Positions 39,989 through 53,139 of a stretch of DNA of 64,000 bases are shown in pieces (the first letter of the stretch is position 1; every line of letters begins with the position of its first letter). This DNA comes from Ginglymostoma cirratum (taxonomy: Eukaryota): NCBI GenBank assembly GCA_024137785.1, contig JAHRHZ010000020.1, forward strand, positions 53,646,551 through 53,710,550. The letters are read 5' to 3'. The notes beneath the pieces are model-generated. The model saw only the letters and a program-made list of their open reading frames with translations, ran no database searches and was not told the origin of the DNA. The position numbers and the translations under genes are program-made.

Positions 39989-41042
39989 CTAGGAAGAGGT
40001 GAGAAACAGGTTTCGTTACACTTACATCACTTCCTGCTGAGCCAAGCATTGAAAACAATGACAGATGCCTGATGGCTGGTCAGTGTTCTTGAATTCAAAG
40101 AGGTAGCATGCTCACTAGTGGCTATTCAGCTCACATTTGACAAGTCCAGAGCAAGGAAGCATTACTGCTCAGTTGCCACAGAGATAAGTTCATGTCAATA
40201 AGTGACTTCATTAGCACCATATTTGCCACATTGAGTTGAATCAAGCACCTCAGATCAGAAAGAGGATACGTAGACAGACAAGCAACTGAGGTTCAAAGTC
40301 TACCCGTCATTAATTTCTTACTCTGCTCACATTATCCTAAACACTGACAGATAAAGCTGCTGTATGCAGTCCTGAGGCAACAGACAAGTTCCAGATTTAT
40401 GAAATTAGATCTTTGAATGTGTACAGTTTAAAAAATCAAATTTGTTTACACTAAATTAGCACTGACCTAGAAAAAAGGTAGTTGTTCTGGTGGATATCAG
40501 CCATAGCTAAGCAATAGCTGCTGTTCCTACGTCAGAATTGTAGGTTTGAAATCTCAAAGTCTCAAGAGAAATTTCAACTGACCTCAACCAATCTGACAGG
40601 GCTGCGCTGTCTTGCCATGTTGATAATTCTGGCCTCCCTTACCTTCAAGATGGTAAGGATTCACAATATGTTACAGACCAAGAGTAGAAAGTTTATCCCC
40701 CTATAGCCTGGCCAATGGTCTAAAAATAAAACTTTTGGCAAAAAAAAAAAAAAAAAAAGTTTTCCCTCATTCGTTGTGGAATCTTGCTATGTGCAAATTG
40801 GCTGCTGTATTTCCAGCACTGAAAATGGGGCTCTAGTTAAAAATGAGCTGTGTGGCTATTAATTGCTTTTGAGCAGCAAGGCTGTGAAAAACACTCGAGT
40901 TCCCCCCGGCTTATCATGGACTTCAAGTCATTAGACAGCCCAACTAAAGGCAGCTGAAGTTACTGCATAGCTATTTTCAGTAAGAGCTTTCACTTTAAAG
41001 TTTAAACAGGCTCAGATGGCTTGAGGAAAATTAAAACGGTAC

Positions 41043-41089
41043 CTCTCTTGGCTGCATGTCACTGGAGCACAAAAAATGTAGATCGGATT
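41043..41089 (-). CDS. CAPRIN2: CAPRIN2 coding exon 7 (ESDLHFLCSSDMQPRE)
   Basis: Acceptor tttcgttgcag, donor GAG|GTACCG; 47 nt restores phase 0 before FLNR. Confidence 0.82.
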
Positions 41090-43461
41090 CTGCAACGAAA
41101 ACACCACTATCAGGAATGTTAACATCTGCACAACATTTGCTTTCAAGACTAAAGCAGCTAAACCCTGATTTATACAAAGTCTACCAACTGAATTCTGCTG
41201 ACCTCAAAAAAGGACGGTCATGCTTTTATTTTGACATTTGCTTCATCAGTCAGAGGCTCTGAAGCCACACGTTTAAAAATGGTTTCACAGTTGTAAACTC
41301 TGCCTATTACACAGGAGTACAGAAGTCTAAGATGAGGGCAAGGGGTTCTAATGCATGGTTACTACAACTGTTGACTTAGCTGCTCAAAATTCTAATAACA
41401 AGGCATATCCACGTTTAATAAACCCAAGGGACCATGGCAACAAACCAGAAGCATCAATAATTGGGCACCAAAATCTTACCTTCACTAAATACTAAAAAAG
41501 GGAGATAAAAGCAATCCTAAACTTTTACTTGCTATGCAAAAGAAGATTTCTGAAGTATAAGCAAGCAGGTTGGACTACGAACACGAGTGCTTAAATAATA
41601 TGACCAATTGCAAAAATTATACCCTGTATGTGGTTCTCACTTCCCACTAAATATCAACTTGTTCATTTCAGAGGGACAGCAACAAATACAGTTTAAAAAT
41701 CCCAGAGCCAGAGCTTCTCCCCAGCTTAAAAATCGGTGCTGCTGTCAGTGACAAGCTTCCAAAGAAACCTGATGCACGTGATAAAAAAATTTAAGCTCAA
41801 TACAAACAATTATCTAGTCTACACACAGCATCAGATCAGGGACCTGCTGAAAAGATCAGAAATTTCTTCCACTTCTAATCTGAATGCTTTAGATTTTAAT
41901 GTCTGCACATTACAGAAACCCCGCACAAAATTTTAAATGGTCAACTGGCCAAATAAAAAGAAAATACATTACTAGTATTTCTTGCTGTTAAGTGAACTCT
42001 TCCTACTTGCCACAAGGATATGAAAAGGAAATATTACCACGTGGACTAATAAGCACTTTTCAGGACTGCATGGTTATCTATCTCAGTAGCACCATCGAAA
42101 CACCTCTTCTGCCCAAGAGGTTTACTAGAAATTAATTTCCTCCATCTACTGGAATGTAAGTAGTCAAAACATCCCATGCACAAAACAGGGTAATTTTCCC
42201 AATATATTATAGGAACCTGGGAGCATATATGGAATTAATTTGGTTATACACACCAAGGGTCCAACCTGACAAGTGTAATACAGCTTCCCCCAACACGTTC
42301 ATTAAAAAAGGGCAAGGGGACGGAGACAAAAACTATAGAATTGTAATCAAGCTTCGACGTGCCCTAATTACACACTTGCAGAATTCAAGGACAGGTCCAC
42401 TGTAGAACTAATTCTACCAAGTGAAACTATGGTGACGCATGCCATGCAACAATGTGACACCACCTCCCATTGCCACCTAAAAAAGCTTACATACTGAGAG
42501 TTGAGTTGAGCTGAACTGAGCTGACAGACAAGTTGTATGCAAATTCATCTGCAGGTAGTCATGCATGTTTGTAATGATTTACTATTCTAGAAAGATACCT
42601 AGAGGCTGATCTGTCAAGGAGTGGTGTTCAAAATAGCACAGAAGCAGATTGCTACAGAAGTTTGAAAAGTAGGCATCAGTAACAGTGCATTCACAGGTCA
42701 TGGGGGAGGGGTGGGGCAGTGAAAGGAGGAGGTCAATTAACCAGACGGGTGCCCTTAGTCTGTGCTAAAGACGCTAAACTGGGCTGTCAAGGTCATTCCA
42801 ACACATACAAGAATCCAAAATTAAAACCCAACTGGCCATCAGGTACTGATGATTCCAGCAAAAGGAGGGAGGGGTGGGCAAGTCACATTCCTTCACAACA
42901 GGCTGAAGGAATCTCAAAGCTAAGGTTTCACAAAACCCAAACCAACCTTAAAATGCTATGTAGCCCAAGAGAAATGCATCAGTGTTTCGTTCAAGGATAT
43001 ACACGTTTGTGTATACTTTGTCATACACTGTTACATATCACTGGAGCAGACGGAACTTTAACTCAGACCACCTGATTCTAGAGGAAGGGACACTACTACT
43101 GTACAAGAGACCTGCCCCTCCCCAACTGACATGCTGCATATGGCAGCAACATGCATTTCCTCGAGGTACGTTTTATTACCCACTGCTCCATGGAAATCCA
43201 TCCTTCGGTTAAGCCCCTATACCTACAGGTCATGGATCTTACCGGGACTTCTGCTAGCCCTCAGAAACAAGAGTTTCAGACACCCCATTCACAAATTTAA
43301 AGATTGCTAATGAGACAGACTACGGATTTTTGAGCTGCTGAATAAAAAGGCTGTGAACAAAGGAACCCGACTGGATACTGGTGTTCTGCTGTTTCTGCCA
43401 ATAGCATGTAATTTCACTTGAAAACAGAAAGGATCTTACTTTTACCATCACAACAACTTAC

Positions 43462-43611
43462 CGGAATCCTTTCCGGACAAGGCTTTAGAAGTTACTTGTA
43501 CCTCTTTAATTTTAACATCTTCATCATCCAACAACCCATTGTGAGGGACTGGAATACTATCAAAGTAGGTAGAGTTCAGTAGTCTGCTTATTGTTTCCTT
43601 CAAGTGTTTAT
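43462..43611 (-). CDS. CAPRIN2: CAPRIN2 coding exon 6 (YKHLKETISRLLNSTYFDSIPVP...GKDS)
   Basis: Acceptor ctcctag, donor CG|GTAAGT; 150 nt; lies within ORF 43448..43705. Confidence 0.92.
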
Positions 43612-43748
43612 CTAGGAGATAAAAGTGATTTTTGTGCATCACTGCTAAGTGCCAGAAAATTTTGAAACAAGTATATTCACGGTAATATCCGATTCCTATA
43701 TACACAGGCAGCCTACCCTCATTTAGAGCAGAACAAGTTTGAACTTAC

Positions 43749-43831
43749 AGGTGCTACCAGCCACTATTTTATCAGTTCCTTCCAACAGGTCCCACATTTG
43801 ATTTGACACCAATTCAACCTGATCCTCAAGA
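43749..43831 (-). CDS. CAPRIN2: CAPRIN2 coding exon 5 (LEDQVELVSNQMWDLLEGTDKIVAGST)
   Basis: Acceptor ctttttcag, donor T|GTAAGT; WDLLEG motif; 83 nt. Confidence 0.93.
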
Positions 43832-43961
43832 CTGAAAAAGAAACACCAAAAACAAGAGGGTCATTTATATAAACCAGGCCATTTGTTTTCCACCCAGAAC
43901 AGAGAAGCCTACTGTAAACAATACCTCACTAAATGTTATGCCTTCAAATAATAAGCTATCC

Positions 43962-44361
43962 NNNNNNNNNNNNNNNNNNNNNNNNNNNNNNNNNNNNNNN
44001 NNNNNNNNNNNNNNNNNNNNNNNNNNNNNNNNNNNNNNNNNNNNNNNNNNNNNNNNNNNNNNNNNNNNNNNNNNNNNNNNNNNNNNNNNNNNNNNNNNNN
44101 NNNNNNNNNNNNNNNNNNNNNNNNNNNNNNNNNNNNNNNNNNNNNNNNNNNNNNNNNNNNNNNNNNNNNNNNNNNNNNNNNNNNNNNNNNNNNNNNNNNN
44201 NNNNNNNNNNNNNNNNNNNNNNNNNNNNNNNNNNNNNNNNNNNNNNNNNNNNNNNNNNNNNNNNNNNNNNNNNNNNNNNNNNNNNNNNNNNNNNNNNNNN
44301 NNNNNNNNNNNNNNNNNNNNNNNNNNNNNNNNNNNNNNNNNNNNNNNNNNNNNNNNNNNNN
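43962..44361. other. Assembly gap (400 N)
   Basis: Run of N; its right edge abuts a Penelope-derived repeat. Confidence 1.
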
Positions 44362-44445
44362 GATGCTGCTTGGCCTGCTGTGTTCATCCAGCCCCACACC
44401 TTGTTATCTTGGATTCTCCAGCATCTGCAGTGCCTTTTATCTCTG
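44362..44445 (+). mobile_element. Penelope pLTR fragment at gap edge
   Basis: Same consensus sequence as the other copies. Confidence 0.8.
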
Positions 44446-45179
44446 ATACTTTTAAAGATGCTTGGTTATCACAAACACCTTATTACCAAGTCCATCAAAA
44501 GCCCTTCTTGCAATTACTCTCAGGAAAGATTAAGGAAGCGAGGATATAATCAGTGCAGCAGAATTATCTTGCTGCAAGTTGAAGATTAGCAATGCACGTA
44601 CCATCCTTGAAAATTGCCACGACTAAAGGAGGGAGAGTGTGCCAAGTACACTGGAGTAGGTCTTGGGATGCCAATTCCAACATTGGTTTCTGTTTAGACA
44701 CACAATGTGTACCACAGCAAAACTACCGCCATTACCTAGGATACTCAAAAGACAAGAAATCCCTTCCAAAGGCTCGCTCTCAAAAAAAACTGCAAGCAAA
44801 CTAGAGGGCTCTTAAATCAGATACTCAACTAAAATCTATTCTGCTATCTGCTGTGCTCCACACTGGCTGCATCAAGATCAGCCTTAAAACAATCTTAAAT
44901 AGGCTGCCCAAGTATCATGTCAAGGCAGCTAGCCTACAATTCTTGGCTCAAGTCCATGGAGTACAGTTTTATATTGATAAAGCCACACTTTACATTTAAG
45001 AAGCACAGACTGATTTACCATCTGCAGATCAGAGATACATTTTAATCAGAGTCAAGACCTGGAATGACTGTCATGAAAGGACTGAATACTCGAGGGGCAA
45101 CTAATAAATGCTAGTGGTAGCGATTTAGCAGAGGATACAGTGAAAGACATTGCAGATGAAGTATCAAATCATTACTCAC

Positions 45180-45418
45180 GGCATTCTTTCATCCCTTTCA
45201 GGGCAAAGAAGTTTACAGAAGTCCTTGAGGAGGCTGATTTCCTTTCGAGAAATAATAAATGCACCATTAATGCCATCTCTGAAGTCATTTTGAACATGCT
45301 CCTGCTTGAAGTTCTCCAGTACATATTTAACATGCAATACTGTACGAAGGCGTCTCTTCTCCATTTCTGTCCTCAGCAGTTGCTCACGTCGTAAAGTTTT
45401 CTTTTGTGCTTTTAGCAG
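45180..45418 (-). CDS. CAPRIN2: CAPRIN2 coding exon 4 (LLKAQKKTLRREQ...CPERDERMP)
   Basis: Acceptor ttctgagcag, donor CC|GTGAGT; 239 nt; HR-1 dimerisation region. Confidence 0.93.
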
Positions 45419-46176
45419 CTGCTCAGAATAAAATCAGACAGACCTATCAATTAAGTTTAGATCAAGGGCTCTAGATGCCTTTCATTAGGGCTATTAATAA
45501 GCCAATTAACCACACCAGATCAAGGGGGAACCTGGTAAAAATCTAATCTGCACTTATTCACTCAGTCCGACATATCACAGCAAGTAGCTTCAGCGTACTT
45601 TTGTTGCAGAAGATGGGGAAGGGAGGGAAAAAGTAGAAAGTACAGATTTACTTTAAAATCCACATCCATTAACCTAGATGAAGATACATGGTTAAAGGCT
45701 TTTGAATCAAGTTAAAAATGGTATTAGGGCAGAATATAAAATGTCAATCTCACAACAATTAGCCAAACAGTAATAACTAATTAAAAGTTTGAAGAGTGTC
45801 TGTGGTAGTCAAAGATCTGAGGTACATCTTTGTTCAATCCACTTCTGCAAATGCAATTGTTAAAATTTGCACCACCAGCAAATAGCATAAAATTGCTTAA
45901 ATCTGTTATTCTCATCTAAAATTCCAACTAAGTTGCACAAGTCCAATTTGCCAATTGGAATGGACATCATTCCAACAAGAATGAGTGAGTAATTAGCATC
46001 AGTTCAGTGCTATTTATCTAGTTGAGATGTTTAGCTATTGCATTTCCAGAGGAACTTCAGCCATTCAAGTGACGTAGCACAATCTAACACTTCACCTCTC
46101 ATGCTTATGGGCCACCCCCCCTACCCCTTCCCCTTCCCCCAATCAAAAACAATAGCAGCAAGGGTAAAGATCTTGC

Positions 46177-46263
46177 CTCTTGGTTGAGTGCAACAAAGGT
46201 TTTCTGCAGTTCCTTAGCAAACTCCAGATTATGAATTACTTCTTCATATTTGGCCACAGCATC
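46177..46263 (-). CDS. CAPRIN2: CAPRIN2 coding exon 3 (DAVAKYEEVIHNLEFAKELQKTFVALNQE)
   Basis: Acceptor tctttcacag; NLEFAKELQK motif; 87 nt; donor is GAG|GCAAGA (GC). Confidence 0.92.
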
Positions 46264-47269
46264 CTGTGAAAGACAGCATTTGTGCATTATGGTTCAAGCA
46301 TTGTTAAAACTTCAAACTGGACATCAAGATTCAAGTTTTATTTATAGCAGCCAGTTTACTGAATAGTTGCAATAACTGTACATTTACACATTTAAAAAGC
46401 AAAAGTCTGATCCTCACCCGAATTTTCTTACAAAACAGCAGGTCAAGCCTTGAGCAATGAAGTTGGTTGCAGCAAAATCCTGGCTTCTGCCAGATACTTT
46501 GCAACCACATTGACATTCTAACTAAGCAATCCAGTACAGAAATCATAACTGAAAAGCAGTGGTAACTATTTGAGCTAAATCTTTGGACAGAAGAGGCAAA
46601 GGGGAAAACTCTTGTCCCCTTAATTGCTTCAAGTCCTCTTCATAAATGCCTTGCTCCCTCATGTACCAAATCATTAGTTCACTGAACATATGCTCAATAT
46701 GCTGCAACACAATTCATCTGTGAAGGAGCAACCAAGTTTCTTTTCCGTTGCTTCCTCCTGCATATTGTAGTGGCTGATTGTTGGTGTGTGGGGAAGAGAG
46801 GGAAAGAACACTATACCAACTTCTAGAGATGTTTCTGATGCATGCTAGATTTTTGCTCAAGTCTTTCCCCAAATTCTCAAAGTCAGATTGCAGCTTTATA
46901 CAACCAGCTGTTCCAACCATCTGAAAAAGGACAAGAGAGTCATAAATGTGCATTTAGGGAGTCAGTATTGCAATGTTAAAATGGGTCCTGAAAGAGTTAA
47001 AATTATGCTTTGTATCTGTACCCAAACTTGCACTACAATAATTGGCCAGTTTAATTAATGCAGCTGACAATGAACTGTCTAGAAATTACTACAGTTACCA
47101 ACCATATTCAAAGAACAGATTTCAGGAATAATTGCAGAAAGCAGATTTAAGTTTTAAATGATAACTCACCTTAGAAGTAATTTCACTGCCCACCTCAGAA
47201 TCCCTAGTGTGAAAGCCCAGAGTCCACACCAAACCTTCCAAGATCATCCCACTCAGAACCCACGCCTCT

Positions 47270-47472
47270 ACCCTATCAATGTAACCCAGTATTTCCCATA
47301 GCCAATCCAACTAACCTGCACATCTTTAGATTGTGGGAAGAATCTGAAGGAAACCCACACAGACAGGAAGAATGTGCAGACTCCACAGAGAGCCACCCGA
47401 GAATGGAATCAAACCCACATCCCTGATGTGGTGTGGTGTGGCAGCAGTGCTGACCACTGAGCCATGCTGCCC
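47270..47472 (-). mobile_element. HE1-like SINE
   Basis: Reverse complement begins gcagcatggctcagtggtcagcactgctgcc and contains the central domain. Confidence 0.75.
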
Positions 47473-48326
47473 TTAAGATATTTCCCCCCACCACCAAGAT
47501 ATTTTCTAAAATTAGCCTGTTTAAGAGATATTAGATACTTCTGGGGCAGCAGGATTTGTACCCAGGCCTTGCGGCTCAGAATTTTCCACCTTAAAATGCT
47601 GTTATTGTTTCTTCATGGTTGCAGTCAAAACAAACAAACCACCTACTTTCAGTTTCTTCAAGGTATAGGCAAGTAAACATGCCCTGACAATGAAGCATCA
47701 TCTAACAAATTTTGAACCGGCTTAAAAAGATTAAGATGGCAACCAATGCTGATTGGAAAGGCCATTTTGGAAGCAAAGCATGAGGTTTTGAGGGGGGCTT
47801 CTACACCTCAAGGCTCAGCCACAAAGGCACTAGAACCTTGGGAAATCCTCAAGGCCAGAATTTGAAGGCTGGCAACAGGGGAAGGATAGAGATAGGGAGT
47901 GGTAGACCAGTGAGACCAAAACAATTTTAACAAGGGTAAGAATTTTTTACTTTCAGATATCACGAGTGAGGTGCTAATGTGCATCAGCAAGCACAATGCA
48001 ACTGCTGAGCAGAACTGATGAAAATCCTTCCCTTCCAATTCAAATAACTTCTGGAGTTCTCCACTCCTCCTTGACCCTATTCCACGTCACCTATATGCAG
48101 TGTCAGGACTTCAGCTATCACGTGACACCCAGATCTATTTTGCTGGAAACTCTCGAAGTCACTACTCCCAATGTCAAGGCTCACGAACAGAAATTTCCAC
48201 CAAGCCAAAGTCAATTTTATTTGGCCCTTTCCACAAACTCCAACTGGCCAACATCAGGCTTCACAACCTTGGCATCCTAAATCAGATCTGAACTCAACCC
48301 CATATTCCATTCTATTACAAAGGCCA

Positions 48327-48529
48327 GAGACAGTAGGAACTGCAGATGCTGGAAAATCTGAGATAACAAGGTCTCGAGCTGGATGAACACAGCAGGCCAA
48401 GCAGCATGGCTGACACTTCAGGCCTAGACCCTTCCATTTCTGTAAAAGGGTCTAGGCCTGAAACTTCAGCCTTCCTGCTCCTCTGACACTGCTTGGCCTG
48501 CTGTGTTCATCCAGCTCTACACCTTGTTA
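48327..48529. mobile_element. Non-autonomous Penelope-derived palindromic element with 16-bp TSD
   Basis: Long inverted repeat; flanked by TCTATTACAAAGGCCA at 48311-48326 and 48530-48545. Confidence 0.85.
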
Positions 48530-49397
48530 TCTATTACAAAGGCCATCTGCTTTCACCTCCAAATGTCAGCCCTCGTGCAATTGCCATAAAACTCTTGGTA
48601 CTTCTAGATTCCATTGGTCCAACATTCCCCTAGATACATCCACCTACATTTACATCTTTAAACGTAAAGTTAGACTCCACCATCCACATCTTATCAGCAG
48701 CACTCAATGCTGTACAAGAGAAGTTTCAAAAACGGTCATTCTCATGATATTCTCAGTCTCACTCTTGATTACAGACTTTACAATTCTTGGTTCGTTTGTC
48801 CCAGTGTTCATGCAACTGTCACATTTCGACAAATTAGGCTAGAGTGCAGCAGCTTTGGGAATATTTTACTCACCAGAATGCACTATACAAACCAAGTCTG
48901 TTCTGGACAGCAGAATTGCTGAGATGCCACAAGTTGAGAACAAAGGGTGAGAAAAGACTGATAGGCATTGTACAAGAAATAATCAGACTTTTCAGCTTAA
49001 AAACCCAAATCTGGTTTCATACTGCAAGATCACAGCCACCATTACCGTGAAGTGATCAGTTTGCTACTTGGAAGTCAGCAAGTGCCAAATAATTACAAGG
49101 TTTAAACACACCAAAGTGCAATGAGGACTACAAGCAGCAATTCAAGCCTCTGGAACTGTTTAAAATGGGAGGAGGGTAATTCAAAATAAAAAGCAAATGC
49201 ATGATGTTGAACATCATGTGACATGACAATAACTCTCCAATAGCACATGGATTAGTAAATTTAAACAAGCTTCATTCCAGTAACTACAACAATGCTGGTT
49301 TGTTCAGTTCAATTCAGCAGCAAATATCATGGAACTAAAGAATAATTGGTTTTGAAGTTTACCAGCTTTTAGTATTAACTAATTGAAACATACATAC

Positions 49398-49457
49398 CAA
49401 TTGATCTTGATTCAGTTCTTCACGTTTTAGGCGTTCCTTATAGTCATCCAGTTTTGC
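49398..49457 (-). CDS. CAPRIN2: CAPRIN2 coding exon 2 (AKLDDYKERLKREELNQDQL)
   Basis: Acceptor ttctttttaaaag, donor TTG|GTATGT; caprin KLxDYKxRL...LNxDQL motif; 60 nt. Confidence 0.93.
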
Positions 49458-49569
49458 CTTTTAAAAAGAAAGACCATCACAAGGTCACGCATTGCAAATA
49501 ATAGTGATTTGCCCTTAAAAGGGAATAATCAACTGTTTTTCCACATGGTAAAGAAAACGTACTCCGTTA

Positions 49570-50230
49570 TAGAGTCAAAGTCATACAGGACGGAAACAGA
49601 TGCTTCAGTCAAACCGGTCCACACCAACCTGTTCCAAAGTTAGTCGCACTTGCCTGCATTTGGTCCATAACCCTCCAAACCTTCCTAATCCCAAATGAGT
49701 TTTACGGGTTGTAACTGCACCTGCAGCCACCACTTCCTTTGGCAATCCATTCCACACTAACCACTCTGACAAAGTTACCCTCACCTCTTCACCAACCTCC
49801 CACCACCACCGCCGCCCTCCCCCCAAAGTCCTTTCTAAATCTCTCCCCTCACCTTAAAAAAATGCCCCCACGTTTTGAACTTCCCCCAACCTAGGGAAAA
49901 GATCCTAGCTATTCACTTTAACTCTGCCCCTTATGATTTAAGGCCAACCTCAACAATGTCATCATTCAACCTTCTACACTTCCGTCAAGGAGTCCCAGCC
50001 TCCTCATAACTCAAACCCTCCCTTCCCAGCAACATCCTGGTAAACCTTCTAAACCATCTCCAATTTAATAATATTCTTCCTACAGCAGAACGACTAGAAC
50101 CACACAGTACTCCAGAAGAGGTCTCACCAGCATCCTGCACAGCTTCGACATGACCTCTTGACTCCTATATTCGAAGGAGTGAGCAATGAAGACAAGCATG
50201 TTAAACGCCTTCTTAACCACCTTGTCCGTG
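49570..50230 (-). mobile_element. CR1 (HER1-like) LINE 3' fragment
   Basis: Typical CR1 3' tail (atagagtc..tacag.acggaaacag) and adjacent ORF2 remnants on the minus strand. Confidence 0.75.
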
Positions 50231-50649
50231 ACGCAAAAAGATCATAAGTCATCTTCAGTTTCACAACGCAACCTCAATGTCAAATGAGGTCACTTGCCTT
50301 CCATTAAAGAGGTCAAAGTGTGAAGTGCACAAGCTGTGCCTTAAACAAGTAATATTACAAGCTTTGCCATTACCCTCTTGGGGTAATATCTTGCTTCATG
50401 CATTTGCTTAAAAAAAAGCAAATAAGCATCAAGTTTCGAGGGCACTAAGTTGCACTACCAGTGTCAAAAAATGCAAGTCACATTTAACTAAAGAAAATGA
50501 GTTACTAACAAAACTATTTTTACATCTCAGTAAAGATATCAATGCAAAGTTTCAGGTTCGCTTAAGCCATTGGGAGGTTAAAAGCTTAATGCGTACGAAA
50601 TTCATATTGAAAATTTAAAGCCAAAGCAAAGGCCAAGTTTCCCTCAGTT

Positions 50650-52350
50650 GAATGCACAATCTGCAACCGCATCTTGGCTGTTTACGATACGATTTCACGC
50701 TGTTAAAAAGGTAATTGGGGCGACGAATGCAATTAAGGGCTTCCCTGTCTAACTGCAACACTGATCGCTCTTCATTAACGCAAGGCGTATGTGTCTCCAA
50801 TAATATTTGTCAAAACGACTCAGCATTTGCCTCGTCGCTATTCTACGAAACGAAAAAGAAACCCGAACGTTTCAGCATTCCCGGTTGAGGTGAAAATCGA
50901 GCTGCGCAATCTGGGCGCTGTCCCTTTAAACAAACGTAGGACAGTATCACGAAGGTACTCATCCCGTTAAAAGCTGCACGAACCGAAACAGATTTAAAAA
51001 GGTGTTGCAAGGTCAAAAAAAAATGAATGCAAACTTTAAAAGTTGGATGGAGGGGTAGGGGAGGCGGGATGAGTGCAGGGGAGGAACACATAGGCACAGA
51101 TGATGGTGTAACTCAATGCAATGCAGTTAGACTGCAGCAAGGGCTGTGCACTGCAGAAATATTCAGGGAGCATCTCATAGATTCAGCGCCAGAGGGTTAG
51201 TGAGAGGACAGGAGAGGGTGAGGGGGTGGCGAGGGTGCAGTGCGGAGTGCTTTCCCGTTTACCTTCCTTTTCTCAATATTCCGGATCTTATGCTTGAGGC
51301 AGATCATGCCATTCTCCAGGTACGTCTCGTACGCCTGATACTGGCTGTTGGCGGCGGCCAGAGCCTGGATGAAGGGGGCCGGCCCCTGGCTCGAGGCCCC
51401 ACCGCCTCCAGCAGCAGCACCGCCACCGCCGCTGGAAGGCGACCTCTTATCGGCTTTCATCTTCATCTCGCTGCTACTGCAGTAACTGCTGCTCTGGATT
51501 CCGGAGTGAGGACACCGAGCCTCACCATAAGAGAAAGAGGGAGGGAGGGAGGGTGGGTGGATGGATGGATGGCAGGCAGGCAAGCAAATCAGTGCACGAG
51601 GGGGAGGGCGTGCTTGGTGGCGGCTATCCGGCTACCGCTGCCTGCCCTCTGCTGCATCCTCCGCCGCTTCTGGCCCGCGCTCCCGCTCGCGCCGCCGCTT
51701 TTATGTCACCGAATCCTAGCGGGTGTTTTTTTTTCCCCCTCCCCCCCCCTCACCCGGCCAGCACCACGTTCCATTGCGTCCCGCGACGTTCCAATCACAC
51801 GGCGCGCGCTTCCCCTCCCACACCTCCCTGGGACATCCCTTCCCGTTGCAGCGGCACACAACTGGCACCGAAACGTTGACCACTGAAAATTAAATAAAAA
51901 ATGAAAGGAACGTTTTGGATCTTATGAAACGTCTCGGTGCCACCTATTGCAAAATATAACATATGCATACACACGCGCGCGCGTTCTCCTCTTCTCTCTT
52001 CACCCCCCCCCCCCCCCAAACAATGCTATACACCTTGTTTTATTCCAGTCCCATCCCTCCGAAACATAACGGGCATGGAAACATTCGCAACGTGCACTTC
52101 CAGTCGCCGGGGGACGCAAACCCACCGGCCCGTTGCATTGCACAAAACATTGATGCGATATTAGGAGTTCGTGTTCACGCATTGGCTTTGCACTGTTGTA
52201 CGGGCATTGCGTCCCGCCGCCGTCGGGTTTCGATGTGTTTACTGTCGTAGGCATCAGCGTTAACCACGAAAGATGGATCTACAAGTGCAAGGAGCGTAAT
52301 CGCTAAATAAATAAAAGGAGTAATATCGGGCAGTCTGCTGTTTGTCCCGT
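50650..52350. promoter_or_regulatory. CpG island / CAPRIN2 promoter
   Basis: Sharp CpG enrichment around exon 1 in an otherwise CpG-depleted window; CCAAT at 51791-51795 and GC-rich tracts. Confidence 0.8.
51263..51466 (-). CDS. CAPRIN2: CAPRIN2 coding exon 1 (MKMKADK...KHKIRNIEKRK)
   Basis: First in-frame ATG at 51466 (the ORF-track start at 51583 is TTG); donor AAG|GTAAAC; 204 nt, phase 0. Confidence 0.88.
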
Positions 52351-53139
52351 TTCTTGCAGCGAAACAGAAAGTGCTGGAAAAATTCAGCAGGTCTGACAGC
52401 ATCTGTAGAGGGGAAAACATTTAACATTTCGAGTCTATTGCCCCATCGACTTGCGTGTTGATTATGAAGGGGATGAGGAAGATCATGGTATAAATCCAGA
52501 GGCTATAGCAGTGCAAGAGCTGCAAAATAGTTGCCGTTATTTAAAGGGACAGGTTTAAATGCAAAGAGGTGTTTCCATTTGTAAACAATCATCATGTGAT
52601 GACAGCAATTGTATCAAAATAGGCCCTTGCGTCATTCTCTGACACGTGATACGGTTGGGGCCGAAATTTGTCAATAATCGGTAGAATATTAAATAACAGT
52701 GAGCATTCAAAATAAGATTTTATTGCACCAAGGGGCTGAACAATCCTATCATCTTTATCAAGTAATGTAAAGGACAGTAAAGTGAGGACCTGTTGATGAA
52801 AAGAAATATATTTTGGAATATTATACTTAAAAATTCTTCCTCTGATTTTCTAAAGCCGCCGATCCAAAGAGCCACAAAGTTCCCCCTATCGTTTTTCCCC
52901 CCAAAAAGTGTTCCACAACTGACTGAAAGATACTTAAGTTGTATCCTCTGCACTTCCAACTCCCTCTCTCAAGTCAAATCCATTGATAAAATGAACATGT
53001 TACAGTTGTCAGGACAAATGATTCCTCTTGTTTTCTTCCCAAACGCAATGCTCCTGCCCTTCATCCGTAGAACGCAAGAGCATAATAGACTGGCACAACA
53101 TCATTCAACAACAAGGCCCGTGAATTGAGGATCCCAACT

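Larger units (their letters stand above)
7807..51466 (-). other. CAPRIN2: CAPRIN2 gene span (start codon to stop codon), 19 coding exons, ~982-990 aa
   Basis: Caprin HR-1 motif (QAYETYLENGMICLKHKIRNIEKRK), LPKDP..R.QKLQDLMSQIQG motif, VFNVNAPLPPR, RG-rich region and a terminal C1q domain, which distinguishes Caprin-2 from Caprin-1. Exon lengths sum to 2973 nt (or 2949 nt with the alternative last acceptor), both multiples of 3. Confidence 0.96.

Noticed and set aside
43933-44589. Four long ORFs spanning the gap
   Set aside because: Artefacts of translating N runs.
51146-51886. 246-aa + strand ORF over exon 1
   Set aside because: Antisense shadow of the GC-rich CpG island; no recognisable domain, GTG start.
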